From assembly GCF_009914755.1 (NCBI RefSeq), contig NC_060935.1: a stretch of DNA of 64,000 nucleotides; one strand, written 5' to 3'. The notes below the pieces were generated by a model. That model was not told where the DNA came from. It ran no database searches and worked only from the letters and a program-made list of their open reading frames with translations. This stretch comes from the human T2T-CHM13v2.0 reference genome, Homo sapiens. The translations under genes were made by a program, and so were the position numbers. Shown here one piece after another: positions 48,362-62,277 of the stretch (the stretch's first letter is position 1; each line of letters begins with the position of its first letter).

Positions 48362-50545
48362 GGGTGCCTGGGGCAAGCACCAGCTCATGTTATCACCCTC
48401 ACTGAGCCCCGGATACGTTTAACCATTGAGGGCCAGGAAATTGACTTCCTCCTGGACACTGGTGCGGCCTTCTCAGTGTTAATCTCCTGTCCCAGACGAC
48501 TGTCCTCAAGGTCCGTTACCATCCGGGGAATCCTGGGACAGTCTGTAACCAGGTATTTCTCCCACCTCCTCAGTTGTAATTGGGAGACTTTGCTCTCTTC
48601 ACATGCCTTTCTTGTTATGCCTGAAAGTCCCACACCCTTATTAGGGAGGGATATATTAGCCAAAGCTGGAGCTATTATTTACATGAATATGGGGAACAAG
48701 TTATCCATTTGTTGTCCCCTACTTGAGAAGGGAATCAACCCTGAAGTCTGGGCATTGGAAGGATAATTTGGAAGGAAAAAAATGCCCGCCCAGTCCAAAT
48801 CAGGCTAAAAGATCCCACCACTTTTCCTTATCAAAGGTAACATCCCTTAAGGCCTGAAGCTCATAAAGGATTACAAGATATTGTTAAACATTTAAAAGCT
48901 CAAGGCTTAGTAAGGAAATGCAGCAGTGACTGCAACACCCCAATTCTAGGAGTACAAAAACTGAATGGTCAGTGGAGACTAGTGCAAGATCTTGGACTCA
49001 TCAATAAGGCAATAATTCCTCTATATCCAGTTGTACCCAACCCCTATACCCTGCTCTCTCAAATATCAGAGGAAGCAGAATGGTTCACTGTTCTGGACCT
49101 CAAGGATGCCTTCTTCTGTATTCCCCTGCACTCTGACTCCCAGTTTCTCTTTGCCTGTGAGGACCCCACAGACCACACATCCCAACTTACACAGACGATC
49201 TTGCCCCACGGGTTTAGGGATAGCCCTTACCTGTTTGGTCAGGCACTGGCCCAAGATCTAGGCCACTTCTCAAGTTCAGGCACTCTGGCCCTTCAGTATG
49301 TGGATGATTTACCTTTGGCTACCAGTTTGGAAGCCTCATGCCAACAGGCTACTCTAGATCTCTTGAACTTTCTAGCTAATCAAGGGTACAAGGCATCTAG
49401 GTCAAAGGCCCAGCTTTGCCTACAGCAGGTCGAATATCTAGGCTTAATCTTAGCCAGAGGGGCCAGGGCCCTCAGCAAGGAATGAATACAGCCTATACTG
49501 GCTTATCATCACCCTAAGACATTAAAACAGTTGCAGGGGTTCCTTGGAATCACGGGCTTTTGCCGACTATGGATCCCCGGATACAGCGAGATGGCCAGAC
49601 CACTCTATACTCTAATCAAGGAGCCCCAGAGGGCAAATACTCATCTAGTAGAATGAGAACCAGGGTCAGAAACAGCCTTCAAAACCTTAAAGCGGGCCCT
49701 AGTACAACTCCAGCTTTAAGCCTTCCCACAGGACAAAACTTATCTCTATATGTCACAGAGACAGCAGGGATAGCTCTTGGAGTCCTTACGCAGGCTCATG
49801 GGATGAACCCCCAACCAGTGGCATACCTAAGTAAGAAAATTGATGTAGTAGCAAAAGGCTGGCCTCACTGTTTAAGGGTAGTTGTGGCAGTGGCCATCTT
49901 AGTGTCAGAGGCTATCAAGATAATACAAGGAAAAGATCTCACTGTCTGGACTACTCATGATGTAAATGGCATACTAGGTGCCAAAGGAAGTTTATGGCTA
50001 TCAGACAACTGCCTACTTAGATACCAGGCACTACTCCTTGAAGGACCGGTGCTTCAAATACCTATGTGTGCAGCCCTCAACCCTGCCACTTTTCTCCCAG
50101 AGGATGGGGAACCAATCAGCATGACTGCCAAACTTATAGTCCAAACTTATGCCGCCCGAGATGATCTCTTAGAAGTCCACTTAGACTGATGGAAGTTCAT
50201 TTGTGGAGAATGGGATACTACGGGCAGGTTATGCCATAGTTAATGATGTAACCGTACTTGAAAGTAAACCTCTTCCCCCAGGGACCAGTGCCCAGTTAGC
50301 AGAACTAGTGGCACTTACCCGAGCCTTATAACTGGGAAAGGGAAAAAGAATAAATGTGTATACAGATAGCAGATATGCTTATCTAATCCTACATGCCTAT
50401 GCTACAATATGGAAAGAAAGGGAGTTCCTAACCTCTGGGGGAACCCCCATTAAATACCACAAGGAAATCATGGAGTTATTGCACTCAGTGCAAAAACCCA
50501 AGGGGGTGGCAGTCTTACACTGTCGAAGCCATCAAAAAGGGGAAG
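48362..50545 (+). pseudogene. pol: HERV9 pro-pol (protease, RT, RNase H; integrase absent)
   Basis: FLLDTGA protease site at about 48445; LDLKDAFF, LPHGFRDSP and YVDD (49297-49308); TDGSSF, SAQLAEL and YTDSRY RNase H motifs; several stops and frameshifts. Confidence 0.93.
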
Positions 50546-50768
50546 GAGAGGGGAGAACAGCAGCATAAGCAGCTGGCAGAGGCAGGGAAAGACCAGCAGA
50601 GAGAGAGAGAGAGGAAGAGACAGAGATATAGAGAAAGAGAAAAAGAGAGATAGGAAGTCAAAGAGAGAGACAGAGAGGAAGAGACTGAAAGTCAAAGAGA
50701 GAAGGAAAGAGAGGAAGATACAAAGGAGTCAAAGAGACAGAAAGAAATAGAAGTAGTAAAGAAAAAAC
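50546..50768 (+). repeat. AG-rich low-complexity tract inside the provirus
   Basis: Imperfect gagagagacagagaggaa-type repeats. Confidence 0.9.
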
Positions 50769-51366
50769 AGTGTACCCTATTCCTTTAAAAGTCAGGGTAA
50801 ATTTAAAACCTATAATTGATAATTGAAGGTCTTCTCTGTAACCCTATATCACTCCAATACCACCTTGTTGTCAGTGTCAACAAGGGCATAGCCCGAAAGC
50901 ACTGAGGCCACTGACAACCCATAGCCTTCCTATCAAAAATCCTTAACCCAGCAGGTTTCCCAACAAGGGATCTAAATCTTAACTAATTATCATACGAAGG
51001 TCTGACCAGACCTAGGAGGAACTCCCTTCAGGACAGGATGATAGATGGTTCCTCCCAGGCAAGTAAGGAAACAAAGACACAATGGATATTCAGTGAGGAA
51101 ACTCTTGTAGAAGCAGAGTTAGGAAAATTGCCTAATAATTGGTCTGCTCAAATGTGCGAGCTGTTTGCACTCAGCCAAACTTTAAAGTACTTACAGAATC
51201 AGGAAGGAGCCATCTATACCAATTTTAAGTTAATATGGACTGAACGAGGTCTTACTAATAGCAAAGAATAATTGAAATCCCAAACTTACAAGGTTTTCAA
51301 CAAAAGTAAAGTTTGCTAAAAGTTTACAGTGTAACATATATTATCCTAACTTCTAATCTTATGAAA

Positions 51367-52100
51367 ATCAGACCTTATCAGTACCCCTCAAAGCTCAAGT
51401 CCATCAGCGCAGAGCCATACAACTAATACCCCTACTTATAGGGTTAGGAATGGCTACTGCTACAGAAACTGGAATAGCAGGTTTATGTACTTCATTATCC
51501 TACTACCACACACTCTCACAGGAATTCTCAGACAGTTTGCAAGAAATAACAAAATCTATCCAGTAAGGATAGTAACCACAACCCCAAACAGACTCTTTGG
51601 CAGCAGTGACTCTCCAAAACTACCGAGGCCTAGACCTCCTCACTGCTGAGAAAGGAGGACTCTGCACCTTCTTAGGGGTAGAGTGTTGTTTTTATACTAA
51701 CCAGTCAGGGATAGTATGAGATGCTGTCCGGCGTTTATAGGAAAAGGCTTCTGAAATCAGAAAACGCCTTTCAAACTCTTACCAACCTCTAGAGTTGGGC
51801 AATATGGCTCCTCCCCTTTCTAGGTCCCATGGCAGCCATCTTGCTGTTACTCGCCTTTGGGCCCTGTATTTTTAACCTGCTTGTCAAATTTGTTTCCTCT
51901 AGAATCGAGGCCATCAAGCTACCGATGGTCTTACAAATGGAACCCTAAATGAGCTCAACTAACAACTTCTACTGAGGACCCCTGGACTGACCCACCAGTC
52001 CTTTCACTGGCCTAAAGAGTTAACCTCTGGAGGACACCACAACTGCAGGGCCCCTTCTTCACCCCATCCAGCAGAAAGTAGCTAGAGCAGTCATCGGCCA
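51367..52100 (+). pseudogene. env: env remnant (end of SU plus TM)
   Basis: HQRR/AIQLIPLLIGLG cleavage site and fusion peptide; [26 protein letters not shown] (51612-51689) is the immunosuppressive domain plus CX6CC; stops follow. Confidence 0.9.
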
Positions 52101-52142
52101 AATTCCCGACAGCAATTGGGGTGTCCTGTTTAGAGATGGGAT

Positions 52143-52859
52143 TGAGAGGTGAAGCCAGCTGGGCTTCTGTGTCAGGTGGGGACTTGGAGAACTTTTCTGT
52201 ATAGCTAAAGGATTGTAAATGCACCAATCAGCTCTCTGTGTCTAGCTAAAGGATTGTAAATGCACCAATCTGTGCTCTGTGTCTAGCTAAAGGTTTGTAA
52301 ATGCACCAATCAGCACTTGGTAAAAACGGACCAATCAGCACTCTGTAGAACAGAACAAGCAGCGCTCTGTAAAATGGACCAATCAGTAGGATGTGGGTGG
52401 GGCCAAATAAGGGAATAAAAGCATGCTGCCCGAGCCAGCAGCAGCAACCCGCTTGGGTCCCCTTCCACGCTGTAGAAGCTTTGTTCTTTCGCTCTTTGCA
52501 ATAAATCTTGCTGCTGCTCACTCTTTGGGTATGTGCCACCTTTATGAGCTGTAACACACACTGTGAAGGTCTGCAGCTTCACTCCTGAAGTCAGCAAGAC
52601 CACAAACCCACCAGGAGGAATGAACAACTCTGGACATGCCACCTTTAAGAGCTGTAACATGCACCGCGAAGGTCTGCAGCTTCACTCCTGAAGTCAGCGA
52701 GACCATGAACCCACCAAAAGGAAGAAACTCTGGACACATCCAAACATCAGAAGGAACAAACTCTGGACACACCATCTTTAAGAACTGTAACACTCACCAC
52801 GAGTATCAGTGGCTTCATTCCTGAAGTCAACAAGACAGAATCCACTCATTCCAGACACA
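52143..52859 (+). promoter_or_regulatory. 3' LTR12 (717 bp)
   Basis: Direct repeat of the 5' LTR with one fewer 24-bp U3 unit. Confidence 0.93.
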
Positions 52860-52941
52860 AAAGTATTTTACTAAGAAGTATTCACATATGCTTAATTCTT
52901 ATTGTTGATGTTATTGCTTTTTTACAAATCAAGGACACTCA

Positions 52942-53364
<423 letters not shown>

Positions 53365-53374
53365 TCATTTTATT

Positions 53375-53610
53375 ACTAATAATATTAGCTAGCATTTGTG
53401 GAACAATGCTAGGCATTCTGCACTGATCACCTTATTTAATCTTCAAAAGAATCCTAAGAACTACTACTATATACATTTTCACAAATGGGGAAATTTTAGA
53501 CTGAGGGAAATAGAGTACATTTGCCCAAGGCTACATAACAGTAAGTGCTGGAACCACAATGCAAATGCTGATCTATCTGCCACCAAAGCCCATACAAAGC
53601 ATTATGCCAT
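53375..53610 (-). mobile_element. MIR SINE
   Basis: atttaatcttca...cattttcacaaatgggga...tttgcccaaggctacat. Confidence 0.7.
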
Positions 53611-53912
53611 ATTGAAACTTGATTTACTAGGAAAGGATCACAATGCTTCTTTCTTCTATAATTATTCTTTGCAATTATACTTTACCCTCCCTAAAAAAGA
53701 ATTGTTTGAATATACTTCAACTAACACCTGTTGATCTGGTTATTTTCCCTGTTGAAACAAGAAGATATTATTAATAGTATAAAACGGTAAATTTATATCT
53801 CTCCTTTCAGACAAGCCATGCTTTCAAATTTTCTATAAACTTGTTAAAGGGGAATGATAGAAAATGTGCAAGGCTACGCAGCAGTAAACAGAAAGTAAGA
53901 AAACAACGAATT

Positions 53913-54243
<331 letters not shown>

Positions 54244-54431
54244 TCATTCCAGATTTATTTATCTAGAAAAATAAATAAATAAATAAAATTTGGAATTTAA
54301 ATAGTGAAGAATATGTATGGCAAGACTTAAAGCAGACCTGAAGACTGCAATCATTTTGTATATATTAGATGATTTACAAATTACTTTAGCATCTTTGGAG
54401 GAGAAATAATCTTAATAAGAAATGTTATAAC

Positions 54432-54591
54432 CTGTTTTTTTTAAAAACACGCATGGCATCTCCTATCTGTGATCAAATGCATCATTGCCATATCTGGACA
54501 GGCTTGTTCCAGAAGCTGACCACGAAGCTGAACCCAAACCACTGATGGAAGGGGACTCTGACATTTCTCCTCCTTGAACCCACCCACCCCC
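54432..54591 (-). other. Candidate upstream exon ending ATG CCA TGC GTG TTT TTA AAA AAA ACA G|gt
   Basis: Acceptor gcatttttttttAG at 54592 and a weak donor CAG|GTTATA at 54431. MPCVFLKKT plus a phase-1 G would join the L27 exon in frame. Confidence 0.2.
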
Positions 54592-56009
54592 CTAAAAAAA
54601 AATGCATTCAGATGATAAGCTTTTGTACAGCAGTTTCTTATCTACAAAATAATTTTTATATGGTCTAGGTCTCTTGATTTGATCCTCACAATAATCCTAA
54701 GAGGTATTAGTACTATACTTAAGTTTTAACAGGAAAAATTTGAAGCTCTATCTGTTGATTTGCTTAATGTAGTCAACTGATGGTAAAAGCTAGATTCCAA
54801 TCCTGGGCTCTCCTCTACTGCACTATGATGCCATTCACTTGTTCAAAGACTACCACACTCATACAGTAAAAAGGAAAGCATCAGACAAGCTTCTGGTCCT
54901 AATTCCATCACTAACTAGCTTTGTAAAAGTGAAGTTCATGAACATTATCATATTTGATGGGAAAAAGAAACAGTATATAGTAAGGGGGAAAAAAGCATTA
55001 AATCCCTTTTTTAAAAGGAAACAAGTTCAGAAGGATTACATGATTTTCACAGGATCTTGGTGGCATCATCATAAGAAGGCAAGTAACCTGTATTTTACAC
55101 ATGGGAGATTGGTACTTTGAGATATTAAAACTTTTTTCTACCTAAATTTTCCCATTTCCTTTTTTCTCATTCCAGCGACAACTGGTTCCCTACTTTATTG
55201 CCTCAGGGGCGCTATATGCCAGGACAAAACCCAGAAGGAATTTTTCAGTAATTCCAGTTTTGCTTTCTAAAAACCTAAGCCCTCAGAATAAAATAAGAGT
55301 TTGTCAGAGATGAAAAAGAGATTCTCGGGTACAGGCAGAGAAAGGGACTTCTCCTAGCCCCTTCACAGCGTAGAAAAAAATTTTCCCAGCTGAAGAAAAC
55401 ATAAAAAAGTCTTTGGATCTCAAGGGATCAGGGATCTAGGCTCTTGTTATTGGCAACATTGCTTGGAAGGCAGCAAGACCCAAGAGGAATGGCATTGTAA
55501 CGCATCTAGGCAAACAGAAACACAGACATTCTAGAAAAAGGTAAAAGTCCATGACTCGGACATATCAAATATCTGTCAAACCAGACGAGAAAGAGCTATC
55601 TAGACACAACAACTCATATGTCAGAAGTAAGCTGTTTTATATAGATGATCAACAACCAGAAGACACTCCCATTCCAGGCAGAACCCCACCTTAACCCCAG
55701 GGAAGTGGGGAAAACTTCAAAAAGGATAAGTTATTTTGTCTGTTACTCAGTTACTAAGAGTAAAGGTGAATTACAGAAAATAAATGGATACTTCTAACAT
55801 ACCTAAATTTACAGACCAAGTCCAGCTCACGGATTACCTGATCCTGTCCCTTCTTTTAGTAGCCAAATCTTCTGACTACTGTTCTAGGTTTTTTCCACCA
55901 TGTCACTGCTATCGATGATGATGATAACACAGGATGTGATTATATAGTTCAAGGCCAAAAAACAAGAAAAATAAATAATGATCTGAAACAGCCTCTTGCC
56001 ATTTCCCAC

Positions 56010-56300
56010 ATTGTCTGGTAAACTTCTATTCATCTTCTGTATCTCATCTTAAATATTACATCTTCCCTAGTGGGATTGAGTGTTCCTTGTCTGTTTTCTT
56101 GACAAAGAGCGTTAACCTCACCACACAGCATTGAAATTGCCTGTTTTTGCATCTGTCTTCCTAATATATTTTAAGATTCATACAGGCAGAGATTGAATAT
56201 CATTTGCTACTTCAAACATGCATCTGGCACTATGCCTGGCACATAGCAGGCACTCATAATACACCTTTGTTGAATGGATAAATGATTGAATAAATAAATG
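56010..56300 (+). mobile_element. L2 3' end
   Basis: tgcctggcacatagcaggcactc...ttgttgaatggataaatgattgaataaataaatga. Confidence 0.75.
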
Positions 56301-57164
56301 AAAGTAGAGTCATTGCCTTAAATATATACACCAGTTTACACCATATATACACCAGTTTACCTTTTAAAAGAATTTTAGCTTGTTTATTACCTATGAGAGA
56401 TGTTTAAATAGAACAGAACTTAATAGGTTTATTCCAAGTATTACCATGCTTTTAATGATAAAGATGTCACAGTCCTTCAAAATGATAAGCCCCTGATAGA
56501 AGCTTCAAAATTGTATCCTAAATTAGGGCCTCAGTGGCTAGCAAAATGGTGTTACCAGAAGAAATGGGTTACAAAAATCTTACCCATAATCTTTGAAAGT
56601 TTAAATTTAATAATTCATTTTCACAGGATTTTCTACTTTATTATACTATACCATTCCTCTTGATCTTAAATCCTAAAATAAAGGAGGTCAGGAGAATCGT
56701 TTCATAATGAAGGTGATTTGGCCATAATTCTTGAAATAGCTTTGAAAACTTACTAAAAATTGAACCCATGCGGAAAGCTTATTAGTTGGAATTCAGAATG
56801 ACTAACTGGACAGAAGAGACTGGATAAAACTCATGATCCTTTGCTGACAAAGCAACCTACATTGAGGATATAGAAATACTTGTGTCTTGACTGCCATAAA
56901 TTCCTGGGCAAGAATTGTAGCTGGAGAACACATTCCCTTATCCCAATCAAAAAAAAAATCTCTCCCTTATACTAAAAAATATTTTGTAATCACTGACATG
57001 GTAACATAGTATTAAGAAATAAGCATATAAGGAGAATATATATTTAAGAAAGTATAGTATTCGTATAGTTCAGTAAATGTATTTTACAGAACAGTGAGAA
57101 ATTTACTTATTGACAAAGGCATGAATGAACAGAATGCCTTAATCCAACATTTTAAAAACCCAAT

Positions 57165-57460
57165 GTTTATCCCAGGCAAATTAACACAGAAACAGAAAAC
57201 AAAATACCGCATGTTCTTACAAGTGGGAACTAAGAATTGGGTATACATGGACATAAAGACAGGAACAATAGACACTACGCAAGGGACTAGTGGGGCAAGG
57301 GCTAAAAAACCACCTATTGAGTACTATGCTCAATACCTAGGTGACAGAATCATTCATATCCAAAACCTCAGCATCACACAATATACTCATGTAACAAATC
57401 AGCACATGTACTCACTGAATCTAAGAAAAAGTTGAAGTTTTTTAAAAATAAATAAGTAAA
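57165..57460 (+). mobile_element. Short L1 3' end fragment
   Basis: cagaaaacaaaataccgcatgttct...catgtaacaaatcagcacatgtac...ctgaatctaa. Confidence 0.85.
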
Positions 57461-57734
57461 ATCCAATGTTTTGTGCATACCTCACTGACTAGATTCTTCT
57501 ACCCACAAAAGTAAACAATAATAGGCCTAAGGGAGAAATCAAATATTCTATCATAAATAAAAACACTTGAGCAGATTTCCAAAAACCCAGAAGTTCACAC
57601 ATTTTCTAGTATCAAGTCATTAGCATATGCTTTGTACTCTCCCAATAGATATGTAAAATAAAATCAATTAACAGATCATTTTATCTCTACGTCTTCCTCA
57701 CTAAGTTGCTTCATAGCAAACTCCTAATCAGTAG

Positions 57735-58046
<312 letters not shown>

Positions 58047-58146
58047 TAAAAAAAAAAACTTTAGTAAATTGTCTATTTTACTTTGACTTACAGAAAATGC
58101 AAAAGTTTGAAAACTGTGTTTTCCCATCTTTCTCTAGGATGATTCA

Positions 58147-58621
<475 letters not shown>

Positions 58622-58637
58622 TCAATGAAGTCAGGTA

Positions 58638-61080
58638 CAGGCATAGCTCATTTTATTGCACTTTGCTTTACTGCACTTTGCAGACAACACGTTTTTCACA
58701 AATTAAGTTTGTGACAACCCTGTGTCAAACAAGTCTATCACTGGCAATTTTCCACAGGATATATTCACTTCATGTCTCTGCGTCACATTTTGGTAATTCT
58801 CACAATATTTCAAACTTTTTCATTAGTCTTTTATTTGTTACAGTGATCTGTAATCAGTGATCTTTGATGTTCATTGTAATTGTTTTGGGGCGCCACAAAT
58901 CATACCCACATAAGACAGCAAACTTAATCTGTAAATGTTGTGTGTTATCTGACTCCTCTACCAACTGGTCATTGCCCCATCTCTCTCCCTCTCCTCAGGT
59001 CCCCCTATTCCTGGAGACACAACAATATTAAAGTTAGGCCAATTAATAACTCTACCATGGCCTCTCAGTGTTCAAGTGAAAGGAAACGTTACACATTTCT
59101 CACACTCAAAGCTAGAAAATGATTAAGCTTAGTGAGGAAGTTATGTTGAAAGCTGAGATAAGCCAAAAGCTAGGCAGCCCTCTTGCACCAAATAGCCAAG
59201 TTGTGAATGCAAAGGAAAAACTCTTGAAGGAAATTAAAAGGGCCACTTCAGTGAACACACGAATAATAAGAGAGACACGCTTACTGTTGATATAGGGAAA
59301 GTTTTAGTGATCTGAACAGAAGATCAAACCAGCTGTAATTCCCCTCAAACCAAAGTCTAATCCAGAGCAAGGCCCTAACTCTCTTCAATTCTATATAGGC
59401 TGAGAGAGGTGAGGAAGCCACAGAAGAAAGCTGGAAGCCAGCAAAGGTTGGTTCATGAGGTGAAAGGAAAGAAGTCATCTTTACAACATAAAAGTGCAAG
59501 GTGAAGCAGCAAGTGCTGATGAAGAAGCTACAGCAAGTTATCAAGAAGATCTAGCTGAGATAATTGATGAAAATGGCTAAACAACAGATTTTCAATTCAG
59601 ACAAAATAGCCTTACATCAGAAGAAAATGCTAGAGAGAAATCAATGCCTCATTTCAAAGTTTCAAAGGACAGGCTGACGCTTCTTAGAGGCTAATGGGTG
59701 AATGTAGCTGGTGACTTTACGTTGAAGCCAATGCTCATTTACCCTTCCAAAAATCCTAGGGTCTTTAAGAATTATGCTAAATCTATTCTGTCCATGCTCT
59801 AAAAGTAGGTCAACAAAAGCCTGGGTGACAGCACATCCGTTTACAGCATGGTTTACTGAATATTTTAAGCTCACTGTTGAGAACTACTACTCAGAAAAAA
59901 AAAAAAAAGATTCCTTTCCAAATATTACTACTCATTGACAATGCACCTAGTCACCCAAGAGCTCCAATGAACATATACAAGGAGATTAAAGTTGTTTTCA
60001 TGCCTGCTAATAGTACATCCATTCTGCAGGCCACAGATGAAGGAGTAACTTCAACTTTCAAGCCTTATTATTTAAGAAATAAATTTTGTAAGACTATATC
60101 TGCCACAGTGATTCCCTGATAGATCTGGCCAAAGTAAATTGAAAACCTCCTGGAAAGAACTCATCATTCTATATGCCATTAAGAACATTCTTGATTCACA
60201 GGAGGAGGTCAAAATATCAACATTAACGGGAGTTTGGAAGACATTCATTCCAACTTTCATGGATGACTTTGAGGGATTCAAGTCTTCAGTGGAAGAAGTA
60301 ACTTCAGATGGAATGGAAATAGCAAGAGATCTAGAACTAGAAGTGAAGCCTGAAGATGTGACTGAATTGCTGCAATCTCATGATAAAACTGGAATGAATG
60401 AGGAGTTGCTTCTTATGGATGAGCAAAGAAAGTGGTTTCTTCAGATGAAATCTACTTCCAGTGAAGATGTTGTGAACATTGTTTGAAATGGCAACAAAGG
60501 GTTTAGAATATTACATACACTTAGTTGATAAAGCAGCAGCAGGGTTTGAGAAAACCAATTCCAATTTTGAAAGAAGTTGTACTGTGGGTAAAATGCTGTC
60601 AAACAGCATCTCATGCTACAGAGAAATCTCTCATAAAATAAAGAGTCAATTGATGTGGCAAACTTCATTGTTGTCCTATTTTAACAAATTGCCTTAGACA
60701 TCCCAACCTTCAGCAATCATCACCCTGATCAGTTAGCAGCCATCAACAACGAAGCAAGATCTTCCACCAGCAAAAAGATTACTACTCGCTAAAGGCTCAT
60801 ATGATCATTAGCATTTTTTAGTTGTAAAGCATTTTTACTTAAAATACGTACATTGTTTTTAGACATAATACGATCGCAAACCTAATGGACTATAGTATAG
60901 TATATACTGTACTGTATACAACAAATATTTTGGTTTCCCAGTGCATATATACCGTAGTATACAATATATTGTATATATGCATCAGAAAACCAGAATATTT
61001 GTGTAGCTTGCTTCATTGTGATAATAGGCCTTATTTCAGTGGTCTGGAACCTAACCCGCAATATCTCTGAGATATACCTG
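58638..61080 (+). mobile_element. Full-length Tigger1 (Tc1/mariner, pogo family) with a decayed transposase
   Basis: TA|caggcatagctc...gagatatacctg|TA terminal inverted repeats and TA TSD; about 2.44 kb; transposase fragments MASQCSSERK (59057), [12 protein letters not shown] and [13 protein letters not shown], broken by stops and frameshifts. Confidence 0.95.
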
Positions 61081-61455
61081 TACATATTCCCCCTCTTATT
61101 GATTCTGAAAAAAAAATGATTTTAAGAACTTAAGAAAAACTAGAGATGAAAACAGAGTATACCCGATAACAAAAAGCAAATGTAAATTAGTAAGATACTA
61201 TAAAACAAGAAGTGGAGCCATAATGTGCAGGAAACAACAAAAGAAGAAAACTTTGAATAGGGAAAAAATAAGCAGGAGAGTCATAAGGTCCTCTTCCCCA
61301 GAGGAAAAAAAAAAAAAAGAAATGACACTTTTATGAAGTATACAGTCAACCAAAAGCAAAGAGATAATTTAAGAACTGTGAGTCCAGGAAACTGTAATCT
61401 CAGTTTCAAGGGTGCCTATGAGATATATGGCAATATCATGTCTTAAGATTCTAAG

Positions 61456-61751
61456 GCCAGGCGCACTGGCTCATGCCTGTAATCCCAGCACTTTGGGAGG
61501 CCAAGGTGGGTGGATAACGAGGTCAGGAGTTCGAGATCAGCCTGGCCAACATGGTGAAACCCTGTTTCTACTAAAAATACAAAAATTAGCCAGGTGTGGT
61601 GGCACGCACCTGTAATCCCAGCTACTCAGAAAGCTGAGTCAAGAGAATTGCACGAACCCCGGAGGCGGAGGTTCCAGTGAGCCGAGATCACACTACTGCA
61701 CTCCCACCTGGGCTACAGAGCAAGACTCTGTCTCCCAAAAAAAAAAAAAAA
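61456..61751 (+). mobile_element. Alu (S-type)
   Basis: Dimer; TSD aagattctaa/aagattccaa. Confidence 0.95.
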
Positions 61752-61982
61752 GATTCCAATTATATAACATTCTTCAGCTTCCTTTGAAAGCTATAATGTC
61801 AAAACATATACATATAAAAAAGATAGGACTTAGCTTTCAGTACATGATAAAAATGTTTATATATATATTATATCACTGAGAACCACTGCAAAAAAATAAT
61901 TCAAAGGAAATAAAGGGTCATATAAATAAATAATTTCAGACAAACTTCTACACCAGTTTAAAAGAAGCTCCGAAGACAATAG

Positions 61983-62277
<295 letters not shown>

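Larger units (their letters stand above)
44964..52859 (+). mobile_element. HERV9 (ERV9) provirus, 7896 bp, two LTRs, defective
   Basis: Paired LTRs with TG...CA ends, 4-bp TSD AAAG (44960-44963 and 52860-52863), PBS, gag-pro-pol and env-TM remnants, and a purine tract (ttagagatgggat) before the 3' LTR. Confidence 0.95.

Noticed and set aside
46895-52100. Coding-competent HERV gag, pol or syncytin-like env
   Set aside because: All frames are interrupted; the integrase and most of SU are missing.
56322-56360. 18-bp duplication atatatacaccagtttac
   Set aside because: Ordinary slippage duplication with no further structure.
59057-60700. Tigger transposase ORFs as a domesticated TIGD-like gene
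   Set aside because: Multiple stops and frameshifts, with intact TIRs and a TA TSD: an ordinary fossil Tigger1.
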